Below are positions 22,081 to 30,751 of a stretch of 32,000 nt of DNA, in pieces. Within the stretch, counting starts at the first letter, position 1. Every line of letters begins with the position of its first letter. The DNA comes from Polynucleobacter sphagniphilus (GTDB taxonomy: Bacteria > Pseudomonadota > Gammaproteobacteria > Burkholderiales > Burkholderiaceae), in the NCBI RefSeq assembly GCF_001953355.1, contig NZ_MPIY01000001.1:403848-435847 (forward strand), given 5' to 3'. The position numbers and the translations under genes are program-made. The notes under the pieces were generated by a model, which was not told where the DNA came from, did no database searches, and saw only the letters and a list, made by a program, of their open reading frames with translations.

Positions 22081-23718
22081 CTACTCGACATTCCTGGAGT
22101 AAATCACTTTGCCATTTTTGATAGTGTTGACCACCTTAATATCTTTGATTGCATCTGGATCAATCGTTAAAGGATTTTGATCCAACTCCACTAAATCTGC
22201 CAACATGCCAGGCAGGATCTTACCCTTCGTATTCTCCTCGCGATACACATAAGCAGCATTACATGTGAACGCCTGCAATGCTAGGTAAGGATCCATCTTT
22301 TCCTGAGTACCCAATGTTTTTCCAGACATTGTTTTGCGATTGACTGCACTCCAAATGGTAAATAAGCAATCTGGCCCAGAAGAGGGGACATCATTATGGA
22401 TGCCGACTACTATCCCTTTGTTATGTGCTGTCACCATGGGGCAAAAATGATCGGCGCGTTCTTCGCCAACGATATCTAAATAGATATCTCCATACAACCA
22501 TATATGATTGGATAAAGTAATGGCAATAATATGATTGGCTTTGTAGTCGTCAAGCTGATCTTCCCTTGCAAAAAATGAATGGGAGATAGTCGAGCGGCGA
22601 TCTTCCGTAATCCCGGTTTCCGCAATTGCTTTTTTAATGGCGGCTAGGGCCATATCAATGCCTGCATCACCATTGCTGTAGCAAAAGAATGGGATATTTT
22701 TTTCGTAGGCCAGCTTAGTGTAGTGATCAACCTGATCTTGCGTGTAGTAAGCCATACCCCGCCAGCCATCCGGGAAGCCTGTAGTATCGCTGTAGGGTTT
22801 AGAGAGGTAAGCAAGCTTGAGCTGCGGCCCTCCATCTGTTGACATCAATATGCCTGCAACCTTAAAGCCTCGATCAACGTTGCTGTAGGCACCAAAGGAA
22901 TAGTTGGGATTCCCTTTTAGTAGGGTGTCTACCGTATCGCTCATTGGGAGGGCAATTAAATCAATTGAAATAACACCGCTATCAGATGCGAGACGCATCA
23001 ATTGAATGTCTTCAGGACTGGCTTGATAGTGCTGGGCAGTCGTAGTGCCATAGGAGGCATAAATTTTCTCTGCGCTTTGATAAGTCTTAAAAGTGAGATC
23101 CTGAGAAAATTGGCCATAAGCCGCCGCTACTGCGTTCAGATAGGGTAGCCCAATAATGATGCCCGTCATTTGATGAGTAGTGGGATCAACTACGATCGTG
23201 CCAGACTCAACTTTAGTATCTGCAGTAATACCTAGTTTTTTTAGGCCCGCTGTATTAAATAAGCCCGCTAGTGTGGAAATGTTTTGAACAAGTACCGGCG
23301 TATCTGGAAAAGCAGCATCTAAATCAGCAATGGTTAAGGGCCCGTCTTTCATCAAGCCATCCATGTACTCAGCTGCGATCAACCATCCATTTAGAAGCTT
23401 GCCGTCTTTTTTCAGTTGTGCAATCAACTCGGGTCTACTACGTGGAGGATTGTCAGCAAAGTAGCCAACATTCAAACTTAATGTTTGTTGAGCAAACAAA
23501 CCAAAGTGCCCCCAAGTGTCAATAAATCCCGGAGTTAGGGTATGTCCTTGTAAGTCATGCATCTTGACATCTGGGCTCGCTAAATCGCTTGCTTCTTGTT
23601 TGTTACCAGTGAAAGCAATTTTTCCATCTGTCACCAATACCGCTTCAACATACTCAGGTTGATCGCCAGCCATGGTCAAAATATTGCCGTTGAAGTAGAG
23701 GGTTTGATTTGATGTCAT
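22081..23718 (-). CDS. amidohydrolase-family protein (Amidohydro_3/YtcJ-like) with an atypical metal-binding motif
   Basis: 545 aa. N-terminal LYFNGNILTM...VLVTDGKIAFTG...LTPGFIDTWGH is typical of the family except that W replaces the first His. The C-terminus reads GIHNDVPSSGP ... GMLADLV. Confidence 0.75.
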   Translation of the reverse strand: MTSNQTLYFNGNILTMAGDQPEYVEAVLVTDGKIAFTGNKQEASDLASPDVKMHDLQGHTLTPGFIDTWGHFGLFAQQTLSLNVGYFADNPPRSRPELIAQLKKDGKLLNGWLIAAEYMDGLMKDGPLTIADLDAAFPDTPVLVQNISTLAGLFNTAGLKKLGITADTKVESGTIVVDPTTHQMTGIIIGLPYLNAVAAAYGQFSQDLTFKTYQSAEKIYASYGTTTAQHYQASPEDIQLMRLASDSGVISIDLIALPMSDTVDTLLKGNPNYSFGAYSNVDRGFKVAGILMSTDGGPQLKLAYLSKPYSDTTGFPDGWRGMAYYTQDQVDHYTKLAYEKNIPFFCYSNGDAGIDMALAAIKKAIAETGITEDRRSTISHSFFAREDQLDDYKANHIIAITLSNHIWLYGDIYLDIVGEERADHFCPMVTAHNKGIVVGIHNDVPSSGPDCLFTIWSAVNRKTMSGKTLGTQEKMDPYLALQAFTCNAAYVYREENTKGKILPGMLADLVELDQNPLTIDPDAIKDIKVVNTIKNGKVIYSRNVE

Positions 23719-23737
23719 GAGGTTTCTTTAAAAGGTA

Positions 23738-24580
23738 TTAATGTGAAAAAGCATATGTAAGCCCGATGCGCCCACCCCAACCTTGCGCGCCACCTTGGTT
23801 GGTATTGACGGTGTAATAACGAGCACCGATTGTAAAAAGCAGAGGGAGGTCACCCACTTCAATCAATTTGCTGCCCATTAAATTGATTGGATAGGCGTGA
23901 GCACCAGTATCAATATTCGTGATCGATTCACAATCAAGAGTAATGTTCCCATATCTTTTGGTGATGTAGGTGATAAAAGGTTGAAATCCAACATTATTGG
24001 CACTAGGGCCATTGAGTGGCATTGCTCCAAGGCCAAACGATTGGTATGCATAAGCACCCACAATCCAATCCTCGCTTCGATGAATGGCACCCATGCTGTA
24101 TCCCACAGCATTTTGTGAGCTCCCATACATGGCGGGCATATTGGTGCCGATCTGTACCATTGGACCAAAACCAAATGAGTTTTTTAGTCTAGTCTCATTG
24201 GATTCGGTAAAAAAACTTTCAATAATGACTGGTTTAAATCCCGAGCTAGAGTAACCATCGAAATTATTGAAGGATTGATAGGTGATCTGGGGATGCACTA
24301 CATAGCTGTAGTCAGAATTAATACGATAAGGAAGCCAGGGCTCTATTTGGGTGTATTGAGTTGAGCCTTGATGTCCTAGGCCTACTTTTTGGTCAAAGTT
24401 GATATAAATTGGTACTGAGGCGACATCATCCTGAGCTTGTAATTGCCGTTCAGTAGAAATAAGCCGTTCTTTTCCCGGGGTGAGTGTGTCGAAAAATGTA
24501 TTTGCATCTTGAGCGAGCGCAAGCTTGAAGTTAGACAACATCAGGACGGTCAGTAGTGCTTTGAATTGATGCATCTGCAT
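23738..24580 (-). CDS. outer-membrane beta-barrel protein (transporter-like, possibly of the 'MetA-pathway of phenol degradation' type)
   Basis: 280 aa. Has a signal peptide (LALA-QDA), alternating aromatic/Gly beta-strand pattern and a ...GRIGLTYAFSH terminus. Ends 19 nt upstream of the amidohydrolase. Confidence 0.6.
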   Translation of the reverse strand: MQMHQFKALLTVLMLSNFKLALAQDANTFFDTLTPGKERLISTERQLQAQDDVASVPIYINFDQKVGLGHQGSTQYTQIEPWLPYRINSDYSYVVHPQITYQSFNNFDGYSSSGFKPVIIESFFTESNETRLKNSFGFGPMVQIGTNMPAMYGSSQNAVGYSMGAIHRSEDWIVGAYAYQSFGLGAMPLNGPSANNVGFQPFITYITKRYGNITLDCESITNIDTGAHAYPINLMGSKLIEVGDLPLLFTIGARYYTVNTNQGGAQGWGGRIGLTYAFSH

Positions 24581-24699
24581 GATGTTTAAGGTAGGGCTTC
24601 GCAGACTTGAAGGATCAAAATTATTCTAATAATAAGGTATTATCAAAAAAAATTGCAGTAGATTTAGCTATGTAATTCCCTGTTTTGAACGGATCTTAT

Positions 24700-25218
24700 A
24701 TGAAATTTAGCTTTTTAGGACACATGAAGGAAATGTTAAGGGAGCTGCCAATAGTAGCTACCTACCTATCACTCTGGTTTATTGCGATTACTTTTTATAA
24801 TCAAGCTGCCGTTCATATGCCAGAAAAAGGAATTGAGTCCTATGGGTTTGCGGTGATTCAGGCCTTGGTGATGTCAAAAATCATGCTCACCGTAGAAATG
24901 ATTGTTCCTGTTGGAGTGATATTCAACCCTAAGGTGAAATTCACTATTTATTTAGCAGTTTTAGTTCGTACAACCCTCGCATCTATCGTTGCTCTTCTGC
25001 TGCGTTACTCTGCTGCTGGAGCAGAGGGCTTTTTTAAACATGAGGGATTTATTGAATCCATGCGAAATTTTTGTGATGGGGACATTGCCCATATTTTGGC
25101 GCTAACATGTTTCTATTGGCTGATTATCTTGCCCTATATCGCTTATCGCTTTCTTTTGCATCTTGCAGGCAAAAATGACTTGGCATCATATTTATTGGAA
25201 AAAAGATCCCAGAATTAA
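24700..25218 (+). CDS. hypothetical integral membrane protein
   Basis: About 172 aa from the ATG at 24700 (the track starts at TTG 24685). Four hydrophobic segments. Confidence 0.5.
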   Translation: MKFSFLGHMKEMLRELPIVATYLSLWFIAITFYNQAAVHMPEKGIESYGFAVIQALVMSKIMLTVEMIVPVGVIFNPKVKFTIYLAVLVRTTLASIVALLLRYSAAGAEGFFKHEGFIESMRNFCDGDIAHILALTCFYWLIILPYIAYRFLLHLAGKNDLASYLLEKRSQN

Positions 25219-25280
25219 TTTCTTAAAGATTGTTTAAATTCCTTAACGATATTTATTAAGACCTTAGTGGCCTCATGAGC

Positions 25281-25451
25281 GTCACGTAACGCGACACTAT
25301 TTAGTGTCGGTTCGACCGACTCCACACCTGCGGATGCCACACACCACACGGTCAGTTCCACATGATTCCACGGATCTCGGTGCGTATCGAACACCTGATC
25401 TTGTAAGGCTTATGTCATTGTCTAAGCTATTGTTTTTGCTCATTTTTAAAG
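25281..25451 (+). repeat. island right arm Y2
   Basis: Near-identical to 21754-21924. Starts with GTCACGTAAC and contains the palindromic motif at 25304-25321. Confidence 0.85.
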
Positions 25452-25496
25452 CTTCTAAGGCGTAGGTCGCACGTTCGAATCGTGCTGGGCAGGCCA
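25452..25496 (+). repeat. direct repeat copy C: orphan 3' part of tRNA-Arg
   Basis: 45/45 identical to 10541-10585. Confidence 0.9.
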
Positions 25497-25770
25497 CTTA
25501 TCTACCATTTATTGTCATTCTAGGCTTGTTTCAGGCTGGTTAATTGTGCTCAATTGGCTCAATCATGGCCAGAGCTTGGCCGGTGTTAGTGAGTGGCCTT
25601 GGGTCTAGCGTGGAGAATCCTGGGGCACTATGTACTCAGGATGACCTCATAAGGCTCGGGGCAAAGCTTTTAGTATATGTTTGACCCGACTTTAAGGTGT
25701 CCTGTTACGTGACGGTCAGGCGGCTCTTATAAAGAACCTTGCGGACGCTCGAGGCAGGGTAATTAGAGGT
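25497..25770 (+). repeat. island left arm X2
   Basis: See X1 for the shared blocks. The palindromic motif is degenerate here (25671-25691). Confidence 0.7.
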
Positions 25771-25895
25771 ATTTGAGGGGCAGAGAACGGCCAGGAGCAG
25801 TCTGTCGCCGGAAGCCCATAAGCAGTCAGATAAGAGAGCTATTAGCCTGGCAGGTTATAGTTATTAATATTATTTTGTTACCACTCTAAAAGCAC

Positions 25896-26723
25896 ATGTG
25901 TCGACCTTCAAAGATTTGGCTATGCCTACTGGCTGCATGGACCTGCCTAAGTTTTGCACAGAGCAGTGAGACTTCCCCGTACCGACCTTCTTTCTTTTTA
26001 AGCCCATATCAAGTTGAATGGGACTCAAATATTGATAATATCCGTACGAATTACACCATCAATTCTCCTGTTTTAAAGAATTCTGCGAACTCAATCAATA
26101 ATAACTATGCGCAGAAAATTGCAATCGGATTGCCTGATAATTACTCGGTAGGTATTTCAGATCTATATGTTCAGTCTATCGTCTCTAATCCTTTGAATAT
26201 CAACGCGGCTACACCTGGGTTTAAGAATCCTGTTGTATCGGCCGCCAAAATATGGACTATTAATAGCGATGTTTTATTAAAAGCACTTGGAAGTGTTCAG
26301 CCCAATTTGGGAGTTAAGGCTGGCGTTAGCACCTATAACCTGGGGATCTCCGCAATTTTTATTGGCCCTAATGACTGGCAAACAAGTCTTGGCATTAATG
26401 AAACAACGAATGATGCTGACTATGGCGGCGCTCCCACGCTATCTGGGACAATTTCTAAGCAAATTGGTTTATATGTAATTAATGCTACGGCTGGCGTTAC
26501 ACATTTTCCATCGATCTTAATGACTACTGGGTATGCATCATCATCTTATCTATATTCAGGCACTTTGGAGCTTAGTCGCCAACTGACTGATCAGCTTTGG
26601 CTAGGCGCAAGTTACAGCATTGGAAGCAATCAATACACCTACACCCAAAATTTTATGAGCATTCCTTTTAACAACAGAACGCTATATAACTCAGTTGGCG
26701 CAAGCCTAAAGGTACTTTTCTAG
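25896..26723 (+). CDS. outer-membrane beta-barrel protein of unknown family
   Basis: 275 aa. Signal peptide (CLSFA-QS), S/N/Y/G-rich alternating strands and a C-terminal ...SLKVLF with terminal Phe. Confidence 0.6.
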   Translation: MCRPSKIWLCLLAAWTCLSFAQSSETSPYRPSFFLSPYQVEWDSNIDNIRTNYTINSPVLKNSANSINNNYAQKIAIGLPDNYSVGISDLYVQSIVSNPLNINAATPGFKNPVVSAAKIWTINSDVLLKALGSVQPNLGVKAGVSTYNLGISAIFIGPNDWQTSLGINETTNDADYGGAPTLSGTISKQIGLYVINATAGVTHFPSILMTTGYASSSYLYSGTLELSRQLTDQLWLGASYSIGSNQYTYTQNFMSIPFNNRTLYNSVGASLKVLF

Positions 26724-27436
26724 CTGTTAACAATAGATAGGGGTAGGCATAGCTGATAGCCTGTGCCCCAAACGGATCGTATGATACGGCTCTCTGCCCC
26801 ACTCAACATAGGTTGAATTTTCTTTCTCAATCTACTGATGATATTTTCCAAGGAACGCTTTGTCATCGCCTCGGACATTAATTGTTCGGAGAGTATTTCG
26901 CAAATGCTTTCTGACTCTAGGCAATGATTGGGCGCTTGGGATAGTGTCGACAATAAGAGGGACTCAGCAGCTAATAAGGGGATCTTAGACTCTCCATTTG
27001 GCGGGATGAGTTGACCTGATTGGAGTTGCAAGATCCAGCCAGAAGGTGTTGATTCCACAACCCGTCTTGATAGGCCATGAATTGCGGCTAATAATTCCTG
27101 GGATGGGGTTGGCTTGGGAAGGTAAATATCTGCGCCATGCTCATAACTCTTGATGCGGTCAGCCAATGCGGTACGTGCCGTGAGTATTACAATGCCAATT
27201 TTTGGATGTGTTTTTCGAACAGACTGCGCAATTTCCAAACCTGACTGTCCTGGTAAGTTCAGGTCTAAAATAATGATGTCTAAAACCTCCATAAGTAGAA
27301 GGTCATTTAAACCAAGGCTATTGTTCGCCTCATAGACTTTTAATTGATGTGCTTGTAAAAATTGACTTAATTCTTCACGCAAAATGGCATCATCTTCAAC
27401 AATCGCAATCTTTATTGGATTTGACGACTTGTTCAT
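26720..27436 (-). CDS. OmpR-family two-component response regulator
   Basis: 238 aa. The receiver domain has IAIVEDD, IIILDLNLPG and LPKP. The winged-helix output has ISRLRKKI...VWGTGYQL. Shares an ATGA overlap with the kinase gene. Confidence 0.85.
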   Translation of the reverse strand: MNKSSNPIKIAIVEDDAILREELSQFLQAHQLKVYEANNSLGLNDLLLMEVLDIIILDLNLPGQSGLEIAQSVRKTHPKIGIVILTARTALADRIKSYEHGADIYLPKPTPSQELLAAIHGLSRRVVESTPSGWILQLQSGQLIPPNGESKIPLLAAESLLLSTLSQAPNHCLESESICEILSEQLMSEAMTKRSLENIISRLRKKIQPMLSGAESRIIRSVWGTGYQLCLPLSIVNS

Positions 27437-29337
27437 GCTGGTAGCTCTACAAGAAAAGTGATTTCATTAGTAATATAGCGATATTCAATTGTTCCGCCAA
27501 GAACATGACAAAGCTCTTTGCAGATATAAAGCCCTAAACCAGAACCCCTGGTTTTTTGGGCCAGGGGATGGCGATAGAAACGCTCAAATACAGATTTTGG
27601 ATCTGGTGCCAAGCCTGGATGAATGGTATTGGTAATCGAAATACAAATCCTAGGCTCAGTATTTCCAGTCAATTCCTCGGCCATGACTTTAAGCGTGGTC
27701 TTAGCTGGTGAGTATTTCAAACCATTCTCGATGAGGTTACTCAGAATAATTTGTAAAAACTGCGGATCTGATCGAATGCTCAGATGGTCATCTACATTGA
27801 AATCTACTGCTTGTTTGCCTTGGCGGTTTTCAATGAGAGCAGAAAGCATGCCCTTAATATTGACTTCTTCTAGTCTTAACGGAAATGTTTTTTGATCTAT
27901 TAGATTCATTAAGCTGCAGCGCTCAATAATGGCATCCATATTTAGTATCGACTGGTTAATATTGCGTAAACGTTGCCGGTCATTAGGGTTGCTCGTATTA
28001 ATAGATTGGCCAAGTGTATCAACCGCTAGACTAATTGAGGCTAAGGGATTTTTTAATTCATGGGCGAGCATATCAATAAGTGTTGTGCGCTCCTTGAGGA
28101 GTTTGGTCTCAAACTCGGATCTTAGGCGAGTTTCTGTTAGCGCCGATTTCACCTCTACTAACTCTTTGCGGACCAGGCGATTTTGATAAACAATAATCGA
28201 GAGCATCACAAGAGGACTGACAAAGTCAGTGATGCGAGCTAGATAAACAGGGGTCTGGGTATAGCCCTGTAATGGGAATAGTACCGCTATCACGGCTAAA
28301 AGAATCAGGACAATGGATATGCAAAATCCGGCAATTAAAACAATTTGAAATGATTTTTCTATATGAGGCGTTTTGGTGATGGCAATAATTTGAGCTACCG
28401 GTGCAATGAGGATGCCGATCAGCATGAGGGGGTTGGAGATATTATTTTTCTCAGCGCCAACCAGCAATAAGCAGGCAACTACCAAAATGTAAATCGTCCA
28501 ACAAGAGGGCTTGTACCAACCCGGAGTTTTGTAGGGTAATAGAAAAGCTTGGGATACCCAAACCCATAACCCTAGCCTTAGGCAAAGCGCCCAATTAAAT
28601 ATGAGCCCATTAAGTAGAGGCTCTTGCTTGAATATATAAAGCGCCAAAATGCCACTTCCAGCAAGCGTGCATAAGATGAGATTGGCTACAGAGACCCCAA
28701 ATCTTGCCATAACGGCACTTGGATTTAGGCCAAAGCTCACGATTGAAAAAACCAGGATGGCAAAGAGGATGCCAACTTGAGCGCCAATGCCCAGAAGTCG
28801 CTCTGAAACTTGTATTCCAGAACTTGGCCAGGAAGACGCTGAAATTACTATGTGAGTTAGGCTGGAGGCATCGATTTTGAGATAGTAAGTATTGTGGTTT
28901 TCTGGAGTGGGAGACGCAATGAAGAGGTGTGCACCAATATCCCTATGGGACCCATCATTAGCTAATCGGCTGCCTGCTTTTTGAGATGTCCAGCCTTTAC
29001 TGGTGAGTTGAAAGAGTTCAATTTTTTTTAAGAAATAAGGCCCCACCCGAATGGCAAAAGCAGCTCTATCGATTGGTTGATCAAAAATTTGTACTCGTAT
29101 CCAGCGGGGCGACTCGGCAAGACCGGAATTTAAGGGGGAGTAATTGGGCTGGTAATCGCATTGAATAGCCTGCTCAATTGTTACTGGCGCAGTCTTTGCT
29201 TGACAGTAATCAATACGGTAATTTGGAGTACTAAGACTACCAGCAGTTGCTTCTGCAGCAATCACCAAGCAGGCTGCCACTGCGAATAAGTAGCAAAGCA
29301 GGTATTTGCTTATATTCCAGATTGATCCCTTTTTCAT
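27433..29337 (-). CDS. sensor histidine kinase with a 7TMR-DISM-type extracellular domain and a 7-TM module
   Basis: 634 aa. Order: signal/periplasmic domain (WIRVQIF..., YYLKIDAS), about 7 TM segments, H-box LAHELKNPLASI, then an ATPase region with NLIENGLKYS and GSGLGLYICKE. Confidence 0.85.
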   Translation of the reverse strand: MKKGSIWNISKYLLCYLFAVAACLVIAAEATAGSLSTPNYRIDYCQAKTAPVTIEQAIQCDYQPNYSPLNSGLAESPRWIRVQIFDQPIDRAAFAIRVGPYFLKKIELFQLTSKGWTSQKAGSRLANDGSHRDIGAHLFIASPTPENHNTYYLKIDASSLTHIVISASSWPSSGIQVSERLLGIGAQVGILFAILVFSIVSFGLNPSAVMARFGVSVANLILCTLAGSGILALYIFKQEPLLNGLIFNWALCLRLGLWVWVSQAFLLPYKTPGWYKPSCWTIYILVVACLLLVGAEKNNISNPLMLIGILIAPVAQIIAITKTPHIEKSFQIVLIAGFCISIVLILLAVIAVLFPLQGYTQTPVYLARITDFVSPLVMLSIIVYQNRLVRKELVEVKSALTETRLRSEFETKLLKERTTLIDMLAHELKNPLASISLAVDTLGQSINTSNPNDRQRLRNINQSILNMDAIIERCSLMNLIDQKTFPLRLEEVNIKGMLSALIENRQGKQAVDFNVDDHLSIRSDPQFLQIILSNLIENGLKYSPAKTTLKVMAEELTGNTEPRICISITNTIHPGLAPDPKSVFERFYRHPLAQKTRGSGLGLYICKELCHVLGGTIEYRYITNEITFLVELPA

Positions 29338-29410
29338 GGGACCTAGTTTATTTCATAAAAACAACATTTTCGACCCCATTGAAAAAGGAATTCATATTTA
29401 TGGAGCTGAA

Positions 29411-29445
29411 TGAGAGGAAGTGAGAGGAACATAAATGATGTTCCT
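29411..29445. promoter_or_regulatory. direct repeat TGAGAGGAA x2 (10-bp phasing) followed by inverted repeat AGGAACAT-N5-ATGTTCCT; candidate response-regulator site
   Basis: Repeats at 29411-29419 and 29421-29429. Inverted repeat at 29425-29432 and 29438-29445. The site is central in the 163-bp divergent gap between the kinase and the secreted-protein gene. Confidence 0.4.
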
Positions 29446-29500
29446 GTAAAAAGACAAACAACGTAAGTGGTTTATGTATCGCCAAACTTAAAGGGTCAAA

Positions 29501-30289
29501 TTGAAAAAAAATCAAGCAATTACCAGCGTAGCGGCCTTACTGATGCTATTAAGTATTGGAATAGCGAACGCTGACAGTAATAGTAATTATTCAGGTTTAG
29601 TCACTAATGTAACGGATCAAGTGACGGATTTACTCTCTGCTGCATCCTATCAGGGCGGAAATATCAGTAATATTGCAATTAATACAGCGGATATTAAGTC
29701 TAGAGTAGATATTACGGGTGCAAATATCACCACTGGTGGTTCGGGTGCATCCGCCTGGGCAACCTCTACTCAAACTTTAACCAGCTCACAGTCGAATACA
29801 AATGATTTAAGCAATCAATTTTCTCAGAGCAAAATAAATCAATTGAGTGGGGCTGGGAACTCTAGTACAACGAATAATATTGCTTCTACTGCTTCTACTG
29901 CAAGTGCCAATATCACCGCTACTGCAATTGATAACAACTTTAGTGCAACATCTATTGGTGCCATGAATAGTGGCAATATCGATATTACTCAGGCTAGCAC
30001 GAATGGCAAGGCAGGGAACCTTAGCATTGAAGGTCTTAGTCTTGATTCGCATAGCCAGTCAGTTTCGGCTGGTCAATTAGAGCTACTTAACGGATATGCA
30101 ACTTTTAATCCAAGCGTAGCAAATTTAGCTATCAATACGAGTGCTATTTCATCTGAAGTTAAGGTAAATGCATCATCTGATATCAGTTTGGCGAATACAA
30201 GCATATCCGCTGCTTCTGTTGGAGCAATGAACACTGGGAATATTACAGTTACAGCACCAACACCTGCCGTATCAACTGGTCATCATTAA
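29501..30289 (+). CDS. secreted S/T/N/A/G-rich repeat protein; candidate fibre or surface subunit
   Basis: 262 aa with a TTG start and signal peptide (GIANA-DS). Internal repeats N[IL]AINT[AS]xIxSxV and SA[TA]S[IV]GAMN[ST]GNIx[IV]T. No Cys and few charged residues. Confidence 0.7.
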   Translation: MKKNQAITSVAALLMLLSIGIANADSNSNYSGLVTNVTDQVTDLLSAASYQGGNISNIAINTADIKSRVDITGANITTGGSGASAWATSTQTLTSSQSNTNDLSNQFSQSKINQLSGAGNSSTTNNIASTASTASANITATAIDNNFSATSIGAMNSGNIDITQASTNGKAGNLSIEGLSLDSHSQSVSAGQLELLNGYATFNPSVANLAINTSAISSEVKVNASSDISLANTSISAASVGAMNTGNITVTAPTPAVSTGHH

Positions 30290-30307
30290 TATTGTTTAGT
30301 GAGCCTC

Positions 30308-30733
30308 ATGAAAAAAGCACGTCACATATCATGTCTAGGTTTCTTGCTGACCTTAGTTCTGGTGAGTATGGCGCAAGCTGTTTTTGCAGCTGGTGCTTCA
30401 AATGATTGGAATAATTCCTGGGGCTCAAGCCTAGACTCTTCCGCAAGAGCTGTGATGATTCAGCAGGCTAATGCTATTGCACTACGGGAGTCTGATTACT
30501 ATGGTAGTTTTGGCCCTGCCACCTCAAACTATGTGAATTCTGGAAACAGTAGCTATGTTAATAACTCCACAAATAATTCACAAACAAGTAATACCAATCC
30601 TCTCACATACAGCACGACTTCTGTAGGAGTAATGAATTCTCCAACTGCTACCATTAATGGAAATAATAGTAGTTTGAATACTACAAACTCTACGAGTAGT
30701 AGTGGTGGCATGCAGAGCACAATTAGTCATTAG
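30308..30733 (+). CDS. secreted S/N/T-rich small protein sharing a motif with the preceding gene
   Basis: About 141 aa from the ATG at 30308 (the track uses GTG 30299). Signal peptide (AVFA-AG). Has TTSVGVMNSPTATI and an N/S/T-rich tail. Confidence 0.65.
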   Translation: MKKARHISCLGFLLTLVLVSMAQAVFAAGASNDWNNSWGSSLDSSARAVMIQQANAIALRESDYYGSFGPATSNYVNSGNSSYVNNSTNNSQTSNTNPLTYSTTSVGVMNSPTATINGNNSSLNTTNSTSSSGGMQSTISH

Positions 30734-30751
30734 TTCTTACAACGGTCTTCA

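Larger units (their letters stand above)
21925..25496 (+). mobile_element. GI-2: integrase-less island remnant between att copies B and C
   Basis: Bounded by the tRNA-Arg 3' repeats. It has a Y-type right arm but no X arm and no integrase. Confidence 0.55.

Noticed and set aside
25297-25497. 66-aa minus-strand ORF starting MACPARFERATYALE
   Set aside because: Its first ~18 codons are the reverse translation of the orphan tRNA-Arg fragment. Only the internal MSK... portion is mentioned, cautiously, in the Y-arm finding.
25815-25823. CCCATAAGC as an inverted copy of GCTTATGGG at the start of arm Z1 (15437), considered as a possible inverted repeat flanking the cargo
   Set aside because: It is only a 9-mer, and roughly a quarter of a chance hit is expected in a window this size on both strands. 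I found no equivalent in GI-1.
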